Shown here: positions 46,558-56,178 of the stretch, piece by piece
Layout of the letters: each line of letters opens with the position of its first letter
Numbering within the stretch: position 1 is the stretch's first letter
Assembly (NCBI GenBank): GCA_965248265.1
Contig: CBDFJF010000001.1
Span: 960,001-1,024,000, forward strand
From: Candidatus Latescibacterota bacterium
GTDB lineage: Bacteria; Latescibacterota; UBA2968; UBA8231
DNA: 64,000 nucleotides
Direction of reading: 5' to 3'
Notes under the pieces: model-generated
Databases searched by the model: none
What the model saw: only the letters and a program-made list of their open reading frames with translations
Told to the model about the DNA's origin: nothing
Translations under genes and position numbers: made by a program

Positions 46558-47388
46558 ATGATCAAGCTGGGATGGTCCACTCGGGCCCCCGAGCCATCCG
46601 GATATTTGACGCAGATCGAGTTCGCCCGGGAGCTGGGGCTCGACATCATAGATTTCCACCTCCAGGGCATACCGGACGACCCGGCGTTCCTGCTCGGTCT
46701 CAAGATGAATTGTCTGAAGGCCGGGTTGCCGATCGGATATCTGGGCGCTGGGAGTCTTGCGGGGCCCGTCGAGCTGAAAGAAGAGCGGCTGGTCAAAGCC
46801 AGGGCAGATGTCGACACCGCCTCCTTTCTCGGTGCGCAAATCGTGCGCGTGTTCGCGAGAGGCAAATGGCCGGATGACCCAAAAGAGCAGGAAGCCGTCT
46901 GGAGTCCGATGATCGAGTCCTTCCAGGAGCTGTGCGACTACGCGGCCGACAGAGGCGTCGTGCTGGGGCTCCAGAACCACAACCACGGTGGCTGCGCCAT
47001 GAACGCCGATCTCGTGTTGCGGATTCTGGCGGACACCGACCGCGACAACTTGACCTTCATCATGGACACGGGCCAATGGCAAGGATCACCGGGAGGGTCG
47101 CCGCGAGGCTGGATGGACATCACCGTCGACATCTACCGCGACTACATCGAACGAACCGCCCCGAAAGCCGCCAGCGTGCGGGCCAAGATCTACAAGATCG
47201 ACGCCGGACGTGAAGAGTGGCTGGACTACCCTCGAATCATCCGGATCCTGCAGGCGGCCGGGTTCAACGGCAATATTTCGATCTGCTTCGAAGGGGGCGC
47301 CCCGCCCCGCAATCGTTGCGACTCCGAGGAGTGCATCCGGCTGGCGGCGCATCATCTGCGCGAAGTGATCGCCGACGTCTACGGGTGA
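46558..47388 (+). CDS. Sugar-phosphate isomerase/epimerase (xylose isomerase-like TIM barrel)
   Basis: LGAQIVRVF, LGLQNHNH, MDTGQW, LDYPRI. Confidence 0.85.
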   Translation: MIKLGWSTRAPEPSGYLTQIEFARELGLDIIDFHLQGIPDDPAFLLGLKMNCLKAGLPIGYLGAGSLAGPVELKEERLVKARADVDTASFLGAQIVRVFARGKWPDDPKEQEAVWSPMIESFQELCDYAADRGVVLGLQNHNHGGCAMNADLVLRILADTDRDNLTFIMDTGQWQGSPGGSPRGWMDITVDIYRDYIERTAPKAASVRAKIYKIDAGREEWLDYPRIIRILQAAGFNGNISICFEGGAPPRNRCDSEECIRLAAHHLREVIADVYG

Positions 47389-47430
47389 GCCCGGTCAGCC
47401 AACACCACACTCGTGGCCGCAGTCTTAGCA

Positions 47431-48768
47431 ATGCACCTCATCTCGGAACAGGGCAGCGAGCGGGCTACTTGCGATTACGGTAAAGTCGTCACCTTCAACG
47501 GCAAGACGCACGTGGTCTGGCAGGACGTTACCCGCGCGGGGTATCTGAACCGCGTGCGTTGCTACGACCATGCGGCAGACGAGTGGTCGGGGCCAGTGAC
47601 GCTCGGAGCCGGCCGGGACAACCACGCCCGCGCGGTGATGACGATGGATCACGAAGGCTACTTGCACGTGATTCTCGGCGGCCACGGTTCACCCGTGGAC
47701 TGGTGCTGCTCGGTGAAGCCGCAGGACAGCTCTCGATGGACCGAGCCGCAGACCATAGCTGCTGGCACCTATCCGGTCTTCATCTGCGACAGGGACAACA
47801 CCCTCTACCTGACAGTGCGCTACCAGGCTCCCGGCGAGCGCGATCTGGGCGTGGATCTCTATGCAAAGCCGCAGGATGGGCCCTGGGTAAAGAGGGGGCG
47901 CATCATCCGCCGCGCGGATGAGTACTACAAAACCTACGCCGCCTACCACATGCAGATGGTTGTCGCCTCGGGGGGTACGTTGCATGCTGTCATCGACTTT
48001 TACGAAGGCTGTGACTCGGATGGGGGCCGCGGCCTGCATCAGGCCGTCTGTTACGCCGCCAGCGACGACGGCGGGTTGACCTGGCGACGTGCCGACGGCA
48101 CGCCGGTGAAGACACCGGCTCGCCCAGAAGATCTGGACACCTTCGCGAGGAGCATCGAGCCGCGCCACGAGAAGCTGCCCCGGCCCGAGATCAGCCAGGG
48201 CGGCATCGTCGTCGATTCGAGCGGCCGGCCGTACGTCCTTTATTTGAGTCACAGCGAGCGACCGGGACAGTTGATCTTCGCCACCGTCGACGAGGCTGGC
48301 ACCTGGCAGCGCCGCACGATTTCCGCAATGGAAGACACCTGGCCTGACATGCGCGTCACCGAGTGTCGGACCGCGATGAGGAGCGATGACGCAATCTGCG
48401 CGCTCATCACCCTGACGCCACTCGACGATGATTGGAAAGACGGCAAGCCCACGCGCGCCATGCACATGAATGAGCGCGCCGACCAGCGTCTCGCGTGGCT
48501 GCTTTCGTCAGACGCGGGGGGAAGCTTCTCAGTCCACAGTGTCCTCGAACCAGGGACGACCTTCAACTGCCCCAGCGTCGAGAAGTCCATGGGCGCCAAC
48601 ATCATCCCGGCCGATCGTATGCCGGGCATCCTCTACTTCGACGGCAGTCAGGGATATCCAGGCGGCGGAGACTATTACGACCGGAGCAAGACCGTTGCCC
48701 AGATTCTTGAAAGCGGCGCTTTTCAGCAAACCAGGGTATTCCTGACCTCTCAGGATTCGGAAGTTTGA
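47431..48768 (+). CDS. BNR-4/Asp-box repeat protein
   Basis: DNHARAVMTMDHEGYLHV..GGH, SDDGGLTW, SSDAGGSF. Confidence 0.78.
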   Translation: MHLISEQGSERATCDYGKVVTFNGKTHVVWQDVTRAGYLNRVRCYDHAADEWSGPVTLGAGRDNHARAVMTMDHEGYLHVILGGHGSPVDWCCSVKPQDSSRWTEPQTIAAGTYPVFICDRDNTLYLTVRYQAPGERDLGVDLYAKPQDGPWVKRGRIIRRADEYYKTYAAYHMQMVVASGGTLHAVIDFYEGCDSDGGRGLHQAVCYAASDDGGLTWRRADGTPVKTPARPEDLDTFARSIEPRHEKLPRPEISQGGIVVDSSGRPYVLYLSHSERPGQLIFATVDEAGTWQRRTISAMEDTWPDMRVTECRTAMRSDDAICALITLTPLDDDWKDGKPTRAMHMNERADQRLAWLLSSDAGGSFSVHSVLEPGTTFNCPSVEKSMGANIIPADRMPGILYFDGSQGYPGGGDYYDRSKTVAQILESGAFQQTRVFLTSQDSEV

Positions 48769-48810
48769 GAGGACGTAGCGATGAAACAACCCTAGTGGCT
48801 GCCCACCGTA

Positions 48811-49443
48811 ATGAAGGAGTGTGCACAAATGCCGGAATCGAACAGCCTGTCCCCTATCCATCAGGAAACTGGCGCGGGCTGGAACATAGTGGCCAAGTCG
48901 AAGTACAGGAACGAATTGCCCGAACGAGTCGACGCGCTCAAGAAAGACAACCCTGAGCAGCTGTGGCCCGCTGAGCAACGCAATCAGCTGCGCTCGCTAT
49001 GCCAACGCTGTCGTTGCGCCATCCATCTCCAGTGTGCCAACGGGTACGACACACTCTTCCTGTGGCGTTTCGGGGCTGGTGACGTAGTCGGAATAACCCT
49101 CTATCTGATGGAGGGCCATCCCCTGAGCTTCTTGTGGGACATCGAAGGTGACGATTACAGACTCGCCCCTGGACCGAGCTATTGCGAGGGAGGCGTAGTT
49201 GAGGATCGGGGTACCCCTCCACTGACGTAGCCAGGCGAACAGAGCCCACATCGCGCCCCCGTCATGCGTGAACGCATCTGGCCGCTCGGGGATGTTATTA
49301 ATCCATTGATTGAGGCTGGCCTTGTGCTGAAGCACTTCGCCGAGGGCAACGATCCTGGCTGGGACCTGTTCCCTAACATGCCCAAGGAGACACTCCACCG
49401 TCTGCCACACACATACACCCTACTCGCAGAGAAGCCGCGGTGA
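48811..49443 (+). pseudogene. Class I SAM methyltransferase pseudogene (internal deletion plus in-frame TAG at 49228-49230)
   Basis: IHLQCANGYDTL...GAGDVVGI joined directly to LYLMEGHP; after TAG the frame continues RERIWPLGDVINPLIEAGL...LPHTYTLLAEKPR; same family as 1263-2071. Confidence 0.7.
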
Positions 49444-49561
49444 TCTGCCTGGTGCCCGGTGACCCGCGGATCTACAGACCGATGCTCAGGTAACCCGAGG
49501 CACCGCTTGTGGAGCACGTCCCCATACGTATATTACATGGTATCCCGGATACTGTGAATTC

Positions 49562-49852
49562 ATGATAGCATCATTTGGCGACAGTCCAACTGCGGATCTG
49601 TTTCACGGCCGGTCTACAGCTCGTGTTCGTCGCCTGCCGCAGGACATTGTCGCTCACGCATTGGACAAACTAGATGTGTTGAACGCTGCCCATGATATAC
49701 GCGACTTGAGATCGCCACCGGGTAACCGTCTGGAGGCTCTTCGTGGCGATATGCGTGGATTTCACAGCATCCGAGTCAATATCCAATGGCGTATCGTATT
49801 TCGCTGGTCTGGAGGTGCTGCTCATGATGTTCGCCTTGTTGACTACCACTGA
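49562..49852 (+). CDS. higB: HigB toxin
   Basis: MIASFGD, DLRSPPGNRLEAL, HSIRVNIQWRIVFRW, VDYH. Confidence 0.92.
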   Translation: MIASFGDSPTADLFHGRSTARVRRLPQDIVAHALDKLDVLNAAHDIRDLRSPPGNRLEALRGDMRGFHSIRVNIQWRIVFRWSGGAAHDVRLVDYH

Positions 49853-49869
49853 TTCTTGGAGAGTTCGCT

Positions 49870-50157
49870 ATGCTACCAGAAAACCGAATCCCAGCTCACC
49901 CGGGCGAAATCTTGAACCGCGAGTTTCTCGCTCCACTCGAAATCACCCAGGTAGCATTCGCCAAACACGTCGGTGTGCCCACTCAGCGAATTAATGAAAT
50001 CGTACGCGGCAAACGCGGCGTCACTCCGGAGACTGCTTGGCTCTTCGCCCAGGCCCTCGACACCACGCCTGAGTTCTGGCTCAATCTCCAATCATTTCAT
50101 GATCTAGCTAGGACCCAGCCCAAATCTGGAGTCCGGAAACTCCGAAGGGCCGGATAG
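49870..50157 (+). CDS. higA: HigA antitoxin
   Basis: PAHPGEILNREFL, RINEIVRGKRGVTPETAWL, FWLNLQ. Confidence 0.92.
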   Translation: MLPENRIPAHPGEILNREFLAPLEITQVAFAKHVGVPTQRINEIVRGKRGVTPETAWLFAQALDTTPEFWLNLQSFHDLARTQPKSGVRKLRRAG

Positions 50158-50159
50158 TA

Positions 50160-51476
50160 TGCTGCAGCAACCGGGCTGATAGGTAACAGTCTAAACCGGG
50201 TTGATGGGTGACACTATTGTTTTGATTGAATTCACTCCCGTACGATCATGTCCCTCTCGTCGACGGTGGCTAGGAGGACGGTGTTGAAGTAGATGGCCCA
50301 GACGCCGTCGTCGATCTCCTCGAGACCGATGTCGAGATGCTTGAGAGACTGAGCGATGAAGATGAGCTTGTGGCCGAGGCGTATGGTCCCGGCTCGGGTG
50401 ACGTGCTTGATGACGAAGTGACCGGGGTACTCAATGGTCGGCATGCGGCCGGGATAGGGCCGGGGTGATGGGTGGTACCGGGAGCCAGGAGTCTTGCCGT
50501 TGAGGGCGTCATGGGGACGCTCGTCGTTGTAGAGCTGTCGGAAGCGCTGGAAGGATCGCTGCTGGGCGGCCTTGTTGGCGGCGGGTGGCCGACAGGTAGC
50601 GGCCTTCAAGGTGCGATGCATGCGTTCGTGGGCGCCATTTTCCTGCGGCGATGCCGGGCGGATCCGCTGGTGCACGATGCCGAGCCTCATCCACCAAACG
50701 TTGAGTCGGCATAGCCCATGCAATCCTCTGGAAGCAAAGGGAACGCCGTTGTCGGTGCGAATGGCCTGAGGCAGGCCGAATTCGCGGAAGGCTCTCTCGA
50801 AGACCGGACGCGCATGCAAGGTCTTGATGTCGGGCAGGGCGCGGCAGGTCAGGAGATAGCGAGTGTGCTGATCGCTGATGGTGAGAGGGAAACACCAAAC
50901 TCCGTTCTTGGTAGGAAATTGGCCTTTGAAGTCGGCCGTCCACAGATCGTTGGGGTTGTCGGTGGTCGGCGGCACGGCTCCGGGGTGCTGACGTGGGCGT
51001 CGTCGTCGTCGCTTCTTCACCAGGCCTTCGCGCACCAGCAGATCGCCTGCCGTACTGACCGCCGGCCAGGAGCAGATGTGCGGATGTCGAGGCGCCAGCC
51101 AGTCCAACAGTTTGTTCGGTCCCCAATCGGGGTGCCGTGTGCGCGCTCCGAGAATGAGCTCGGCAATCTCTGGCGCCATGCGATGCGGACAGGTGTGGGG
51201 CGCGTGACTGCGGTCCCGTAACCCGGGCACCCCCTCTTCGGCGTGCCGCTGAAGCCACTTGTATCCGGTTTTGCGGCTGATCCCGTATCGCTCGCACAGC
51301 TCCGCTCTCGAGTAATGCCCGCGCTGATCGTCGGCGATAAATCGCTTACGTTGTTCCATGGGTGCTGTCTCCATCCAGGGCATCGACCAACCTCCCAATT
51401 GGGGTTGGTCAAAAAGTAGAAGGAGTGTCACCCATCAACCCGGTCAGATGTGTTACCAATCTACCCGGTTTGTACC
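50160..51476 (-). mobile_element. IS481-family insertion sequence, copy 2
   Basis: Same 1317 bp as 5644-6960 except 51217 (C vs T) and 51315 (A vs G). Confidence 0.92.
50232..51383 (-). CDS. IS481-family DDE transposase
   Basis: Same as copy 1 except one Q/R substitution. Confidence 0.93.
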   Translation of the reverse strand: MPWMETAPMEQRKRFIADDQRGHYSRAELCERYGISRKTGYKWLQRHAEEGVPGLRDRSHAPHTCPHRMAPEIAELILGARTRHPDWGPNKLLDWLAPRHPHICSWPAVSTAGDLLVREGLVKKRRRRRPRQHPGAVPPTTDNPNDLWTADFKGQFPTKNGVWCFPLTISDQHTRYLLTCRALPDIKTLHARPVFERAFREFGLPQAIRTDNGVPFASRGLHGLCRLNVWWMRLGIVHQRIRPASPQENGAHERMHRTLKAATCRPPAANKAAQQRSFQRFRQLYNDERPHDALNGKTPGSRYHPSPRPYPGRMPTIEYPGHFVIKHVTRAGTIRLGHKLIFIAQSLKHLDIGLEEIDDGVWAIYFNTVLLATVDERDMIVRE

Positions 51477-51484
51477 TGCCCATC

Positions 51485-51576
51485 TGCTAACAACTCGTTT
51501 GCCGCTGCGCCGCCTTCGGCGGCTTGGCCTGATGGCAACCTGCTTCGCAGGTTCGGCAATCGGTAAAACGTTAAAT
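51485..51576 (+). other. attC site (R'' TGCTAAC ... R' GTTAAAT)
   Basis: ttgccg ... cggcaa stem with internal gccgccttcggcggc and aacctgcttcgcaggtt hairpins, 92 bp. Confidence 0.8.
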
Positions 51577-51603
51577 GAAATCGTGATTTCCAAGTACGCC
51601 GAC

Positions 51604-51954
51604 TCACGGTTGCTGTCGCAGATCAAATCCATTCCCCTCGCAGTCCTGAAAGTTGGCAACCCTGACGGGAACGCCGGGCCTGGGCTCCAAGAGCTCGAGC
51701 ATGCGTCCTCCAAAGCGTTCCACATCGGCCTGAATCTCTTCGATGCTGTCTACTTCGAGAACCAACCCCGCACGTGGCAATGGGTCATCCGGCTCGCTGG
51801 TGATATGCAGCGCCAGTTGGAGAGAGCCGAAATCCAAAGTCGTCCACCCTTCAGACTCGAACGACGGCTTGACATCGAAGACCTCCATGTAAAAGCGCTT
51901 GGCGCGATCCATGTCGAGCACGTAGTGGATGACGTAGGGATTCCTGCCCTTCAT
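51604..51954 (-). CDS. VOC/glyoxalase-family protein (reverse-oriented cassette gene)
   Basis: VLDMDRAKRFY, LALH, LEVDSIE, FQDCEGN; GGAGG RBS before ATG 51954. Confidence 0.85.
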   Translation of the reverse strand: MKGRNPYVIHYVLDMDRAKRFYMEVFDVKPSFESEGWTTLDFGSLQLALHITSEPDDPLPRAGLVLEVDSIEEIQADVERFGGRMLELLEPRPGVPVRVANFQDCEGNGFDLRQQP

Positions 51955-52051
51955 GATCGTAACCTCCGTTGTATATTTAACCTCCGAATGTCGATTCCGG
52001 CTAAACCTAGCATATGATGAAAGTTGATGCCACGTGAAGATCCACGACTTC

Positions 52052-52101
52052 ATTTAACTAAATCTGGCGTGCGCACTAGGGCACGAAAAAAAACGATATA
52101 T
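52052..52101 (+). other. Short attC site (R'' ATTTAAC ... R' GATATAT), 50 bp
   Basis: cgtgc...gcacg stem; R'' matches the VOC cassette start. Confidence 0.65.
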
Positions 52102-52158
52102 GATATGGGATGCGACGAGCCGGTAAGTTACTTGGCCAAGACAGTAAAATGAAATGCC

Positions 52159-53005
52159 ATGAGCGCTGACTACTTGATTCAGAGAATCAAGGATGAGTTT
52201 CCCGAACTTTCGTGGAACAGATATAGGTACGTCGATACCGGTTGGGATCATGAAGTAATCATTCTTGATGAGCATCTTGTTTTTCGGATTCCCAGGGGCT
52301 ATCAGGACGAATTAACGAACGAGATTCGCTTCCTCAACTATCTGAAAAGTAGAGTTGAGATTGGGATTCCTGTGTATAAATACGTGTCGAAAGATGAGTG
52401 CCTTGCGGGCTATCCCTTCTTGTATGGGGAGGAGTTGTCGGCCAAAGGTTTGAGCGCTTGTCGATTTCAGACAGGAAGGTTGTTGCTATCCAGCTGGCCG
52501 GATTTCTCTCTGACGCCACACAACCCCTCTCGCAGAAGTGAATGGGTTCAATATCCCAACAATTGGACTACCTGATTTTATTGGAGAGCGGGGTATAGAA
52601 CCATTGACGCCGTTGCTGGACCGCGCTGATATCAAAGTGATAGAGATATTCCTCGAAGAATTCGACGCTGTCTGGAGCCGGGCTTGTGGTAAGGTACTTC
52701 TTCACGGCGAACTCAATGAGGAACATATCCTCTGGGATGAAGAGCGGCTTGAGGTAAACACGATCGACCTAAGTGCATGCGCATTCAGCGATCCGGCCCA
52801 CGATTTTGCAGAGCTTTGGATATATGGCCCTCAGTTTGTGGAACGCGTGTTGGAATTGTACGAATTAGATGATCATGCCGGGCTAATTCAGAAGTCCAAG
52901 CTTCTCTTCATGGGTAAAGCTATCAGCTTGATGCTTGGTCCCGTAGAAGGACCACAGGCTACGTTCCGTAGCGGCTTGACACTTTTCCGACAGCGTTTTA
53001 GATAA
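52159..53005 (+). pseudogene. Aminoglycoside-phosphotransferase-like kinase, two frameshifts (about 52446 and 52515)
   Basis: GWDHEVIILDEHLVFRIP; middle frame FERLSISDRKVVAIQLAGFLS; last frame LLHGELNEEHIL, IDLS, DPAHDFA. Confidence 0.75.
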
Positions 53006-53070
53006 AATTCACATCATATATCACAGCAATTCCCACTGCGCCGATTTGGAATCTCACCGAGGGAAGCTCA

Positions 53071-53412
53071 ATGGACGAGGACCGGAAAACCGCACGCTGG
53101 CGCCGGCGGCGGATCATTTACAACAACGACGGCGACGACGTGATCGAAGCGCGCCCCGGAGCTCTCGACTGGGATGGGCGCTGCTATCACATGGCGGAAC
53201 CGTATAGTGTCATGGAGTTCCCCCAGGAGACTGGCGCGCTCAACTACCGGCATCACATGAGCAGCCTGTTCGGCGGTCTTATCGACAACGGCCTGGCTAT
53301 CGAGGAAGTTCTCGACCACCCGTGGAGTGAGCCCGACCCTGCAGCCAAGCCTGGCACTTGGTCCCACGAAATGGCATACAACGTCTCGATAATCATAGTC
53401 GCAAGGGCATAG
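53071..53412 (+). pseudogene. Chimeric remnant: GHL-like N-terminus fused to a methyltransferase C-terminus
   Basis: RRRRIIYNNDGDD (compare 19746 RRTIYHND) joined to NYRHHMSSLFGGLIDNGLAIEEV (compare 1263-2071 WTHSLSDILNSLIQAGLTIE). Confidence 0.5.
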
Positions 53413-53474
53413 CGGTCCGTCCCACTGAACACCCTCGACCAGGGTAGAGCTTCGCTGGCTGCGACGTTACCTTT

Positions 53475-53804
53475 ATGGCGATCTTAGGCTACTTTGAAGG
53501 AGCGGCTGTGGATCCCCTTCGACGATTCCTGACATCGAACATCAGAGTTCCCGTTGCGACACGTTGGGCGGGCGCGAAAACGCTCGTGTGCTCTTCGGCG
53601 TTCCTCGCAGCTCTGGCAGTGCTAGGCTGCAACGCCTACAAACTTCCCTCGCTCTCTCCGCGTGTCGCGGGTCTTCCGGAACGAATATCGCTGGCTGGCC
53701 TCTACTCCGACGCGACACTGAGCGCAGTCGCCGGCGACCTCAGATCCTTCGCGCCGATGTACGAGCTGTGGAGCGACGGCGCCCATAAGCCTTCAGACAG
53801 GTAA
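53475..53804 (+). pseudogene. Truncated lipoprotein fragment (LWSDGAxK motif family)
   Basis: LAVLGC lipobox-like; LPERISLAGLY...PMYELWSDGAHK, then stop. Confidence 0.4.
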
Positions 53805-53838
53805 CGAACCCCATCCGACAGGTAGGGAGAACGCGATA

Positions 53839-54363
53839 ATGGAGCTACTTCAAGCGGCCGCGCTGCTGGCGGCTACGATGACTATGGGGATAGCGGCGGG
53901 GGTCTACCAACTCTACGCCTTCGCCATCATGCCGGGGCTGCGCAGGAGTGACGATCGCACGTTCGTCGGAGCTTTCCAGCAGATCGATACGGCGATCGTC
54001 GGCCCCTTTTTGCTCGTCTTTTTCTTCGGTCCGCTGGTCTTCAGCGCTCTGGCAGGTGCGCTCCACTTTGGCGCGGACGAGCGATCGGCGTTGCCCTGGA
54101 TCGGCGGCGCGTTCATCCTGCAGCTCGTGGTTCTTGTAATTACCTTCGCCATCAACGTACCGGTCAACGACGAGATCAAGGCGGCCGGGAATCCAGGCGA
54201 GATCGGCGATCTCGCCACGGTCCGCGAGCGGTTCAACGAAGCGAAGTGGGGCAGCTGGAATCTCTGTCGGGTCGGGGCCTCGACATTCGCGTTCGGCTGC
54301 CTCGCATGGGCCCTGGTGTTGCACGGGCGCGCAGGGGCCTGCTCACCGCCCATCACACCCTGA
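53839..54363 (+). CDS. DUF1772 / anthrone oxygenase-family membrane protein
   Basis: IMPGLRRSDDRTFVGAFQQID, NVPVND, RERFNEAKWGSWN. Confidence 0.85.
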   Translation: MELLQAAALLAATMTMGIAAGVYQLYAFAIMPGLRRSDDRTFVGAFQQIDTAIVGPFLLVFFFGPLVFSALAGALHFGADERSALPWIGGAFILQLVVLVITFAINVPVNDEIKAAGNPGEIGDLATVRERFNEAKWGSWNLCRVGASTFAFGCLAWALVLHGRAGACSPPITP

Positions 54364-54506
54364 ATCCGATGGTCGGGACCCCGTCGAGCAGGCCGTGGAA
54401 AAGGCGTAACGTGTCTGAGCTCAGTGCCCATCGCGTTGGCCTAACCCGATGCTCAGGCACGCTATCAGCCGTCTTCAAGGCTGTAGCGGACAGACGAGTC
54501 AGGCCC

Positions 54507-55907
54507 TCAGAACTCGATCCGCAACAACTCGACGGGAATCGCCCGACTACCTGGACTTCCGCTGTGCGCCAGCATGCCCATGGTGAACAGAGCCTCGGGG
54601 GAGAGCAGTGAAACCCTCACATCTTCAAGCGACGAGTCTTCTCTGCTCGTCACGCGCTCCCCCCAACCTTTCGTGGAGCCGTGCGTGAACCACACCCCCA
54701 ACGCCGACCCCACCATCCCGGCCACGTTGAACGCCTTCTGGCTATCGGCACCGACTGAGTAGATCAACCCCTGGCCAACGAGGGAGCCGGCGTACGCACC
54801 GACCGTGATCATGCGACCGCGACCAAGGGTGTAGTCCTCACCCTCCGTCAGGCGATACCCCATATAAGCCCCGGCCGGCAGACCGACCATGGCAGAAAGC
54901 GTGTACAGTCGCTCGTGCTCCTCATCGTCTACCAGATCGATGACGGTCAGTGCGTAGGCTATGCCGAGCCAACCACCGAGAGAGGTCAGATGCGCCCGCC
55001 CGCGGTTGATCGGTCGATCACGAACGAAACGGCTCGTCACCCAGCCGCCAATAGGCACGCCAGCCATTGACGATGCGAGATACACCTTGGGATGGTCGTC
55101 CATGTCGCCAATGCCGATCACGTAGGGAACGGCCAGTCCGTACATACTGCCCACAAACATGCCGGTGGTGATCAGGTCGGCTTCGCCCTTCTTGATACGA
55201 CGATCCGACGAAAGCCGGTACGCGGCATAGCCACCAACTGGGGTGAGCGCCATCGCCGACGCGATGTAAACTTTGTTGTTGTCCACGCCGAGCAACCCGG
55301 GAATGCCCAGCCCGTAGAACGTGCCCGCGAAGTTGCCCCAGCGCACCAGTTTCGTGCGACCGTAGCCGAGGCGATAATCCTTCGTCGCGCTCAGTGTGCC
55401 GGCGAAGGAGCCGCCGGTGATCAACAGCCCCACACCAGTCGCGGCGCGGCCTTCGAGACCGAGCAACTCGGTCGTCCCGAATCCGTACAGATAGGCCCCG
55501 TAGAGGAATCCGTCCGTGACCAGCCGCAGGCGGCCTTCCTGCTCCGCTTCCGTCGCCGCCTCTCGCCGAACGCCCGAGCGGATCTGTGCATCCACGGCTG
55601 CTATCTGTTGCCGCAATGCCTGCAGCTCGTCAACCGCTAAAGGGATCCGCTTGACAAGCCTATCTTTGTCGCGCCGGTACGAGATTCGCAAAAAGTACTG
55701 CTCTGCTGAGCTCACGACTTCGGCTACAAGGAAGCCGCCGTACTCGTCGAACAGGCCGTACTTCTGCCGTTCGGCGGGATCGATTTCATAGCCGACGGAC
55801 TCGGTGACGGCGATGATCCGCTCTTCCACAGGTTGTGCCTGAATCTGAGTGTAGATCAGACACAAGAGCAGGGGCCATCCGGGCGCCGTCGCATGTTTTC
55901 GAATCAT
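54507..55907 (-). CDS. Hypothetical membrane protein with Gly-rich TM repeats
   Basis: Signal peptide; four repeats of (G)R..L...G...G..YG; GGAGG RBS. Confidence 0.7.
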   Translation of the reverse strand: MIRKHATAPGWPLLLCLIYTQIQAQPVEERIIAVTESVGYEIDPAERQKYGLFDEYGGFLVAEVVSSAEQYFLRISYRRDKDRLVKRIPLAVDELQALRQQIAAVDAQIRSGVRREAATEAEQEGRLRLVTDGFLYGAYLYGFGTTELLGLEGRAATGVGLLITGGSFAGTLSATKDYRLGYGRTKLVRWGNFAGTFYGLGIPGLLGVDNNKVYIASAMALTPVGGYAAYRLSSDRRIKKGEADLITTGMFVGSMYGLAVPYVIGIGDMDDHPKVYLASSMAGVPIGGWVTSRFVRDRPINRGRAHLTSLGGWLGIAYALTVIDLVDDEEHERLYTLSAMVGLPAGAYMGYRLTEGEDYTLGRGRMITVGAYAGSLVGQGLIYSVGADSQKAFNVAGMVGSALGVWFTHGSTKGWGERVTSREDSSLEDVRVSLLSPEALFTMGMLAHSGSPGSRAIPVELLRIEF

Positions 55908-56178
55908 CTCACACCTCCTCCCAAACTGCCAGGGAGCGACCAGGATCGTCCCGTAAGGGTAGCCCGTGGCATGTGGCGGTCAAGAGCAATGAATGTGCCC
56001 GGAGTATCATGCTCCTCCAGGAACCTCCTATTGCTTTTCTCGCCGGGTCGGTAGAACCTCCTATGTCCATCACCAGAGGCGGTGGGCTGAGACCAATACT
56101 AATCGAAACCCTCTCCGCACAAGGCGAAGGGCGACCCCATGAGCAACATCATCGGAGGTCATAGGGAGACCACTGGGT

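Larger units (their letters stand above)
49562..53045 (+). mobile_element. Second integron cassette array fragment (higBA, IS481, VOC, APH-like)
   Basis: attC at 51485 and 52052, truncated attC at 53016; cassette ends gttaaatgaaatcgtg/cacgacttcatttaac and gatatatgatatg/cacatcatatatc. Confidence 0.8.

Noticed and set aside
49228-49230. Programmed amber read-through (Pyl or suppressor)
   Set aside because: The same gene has a large internal deletion, other genes use TAG as a normal stop, and no CUA tRNA is present.
5644-51476. Composite transposon bounded by the two IS481 copies
   Set aside because: Each copy has its own local duplication and attC-adjacent context, and the outer flanks give no convincing shared duplication; independent insertions fit better.
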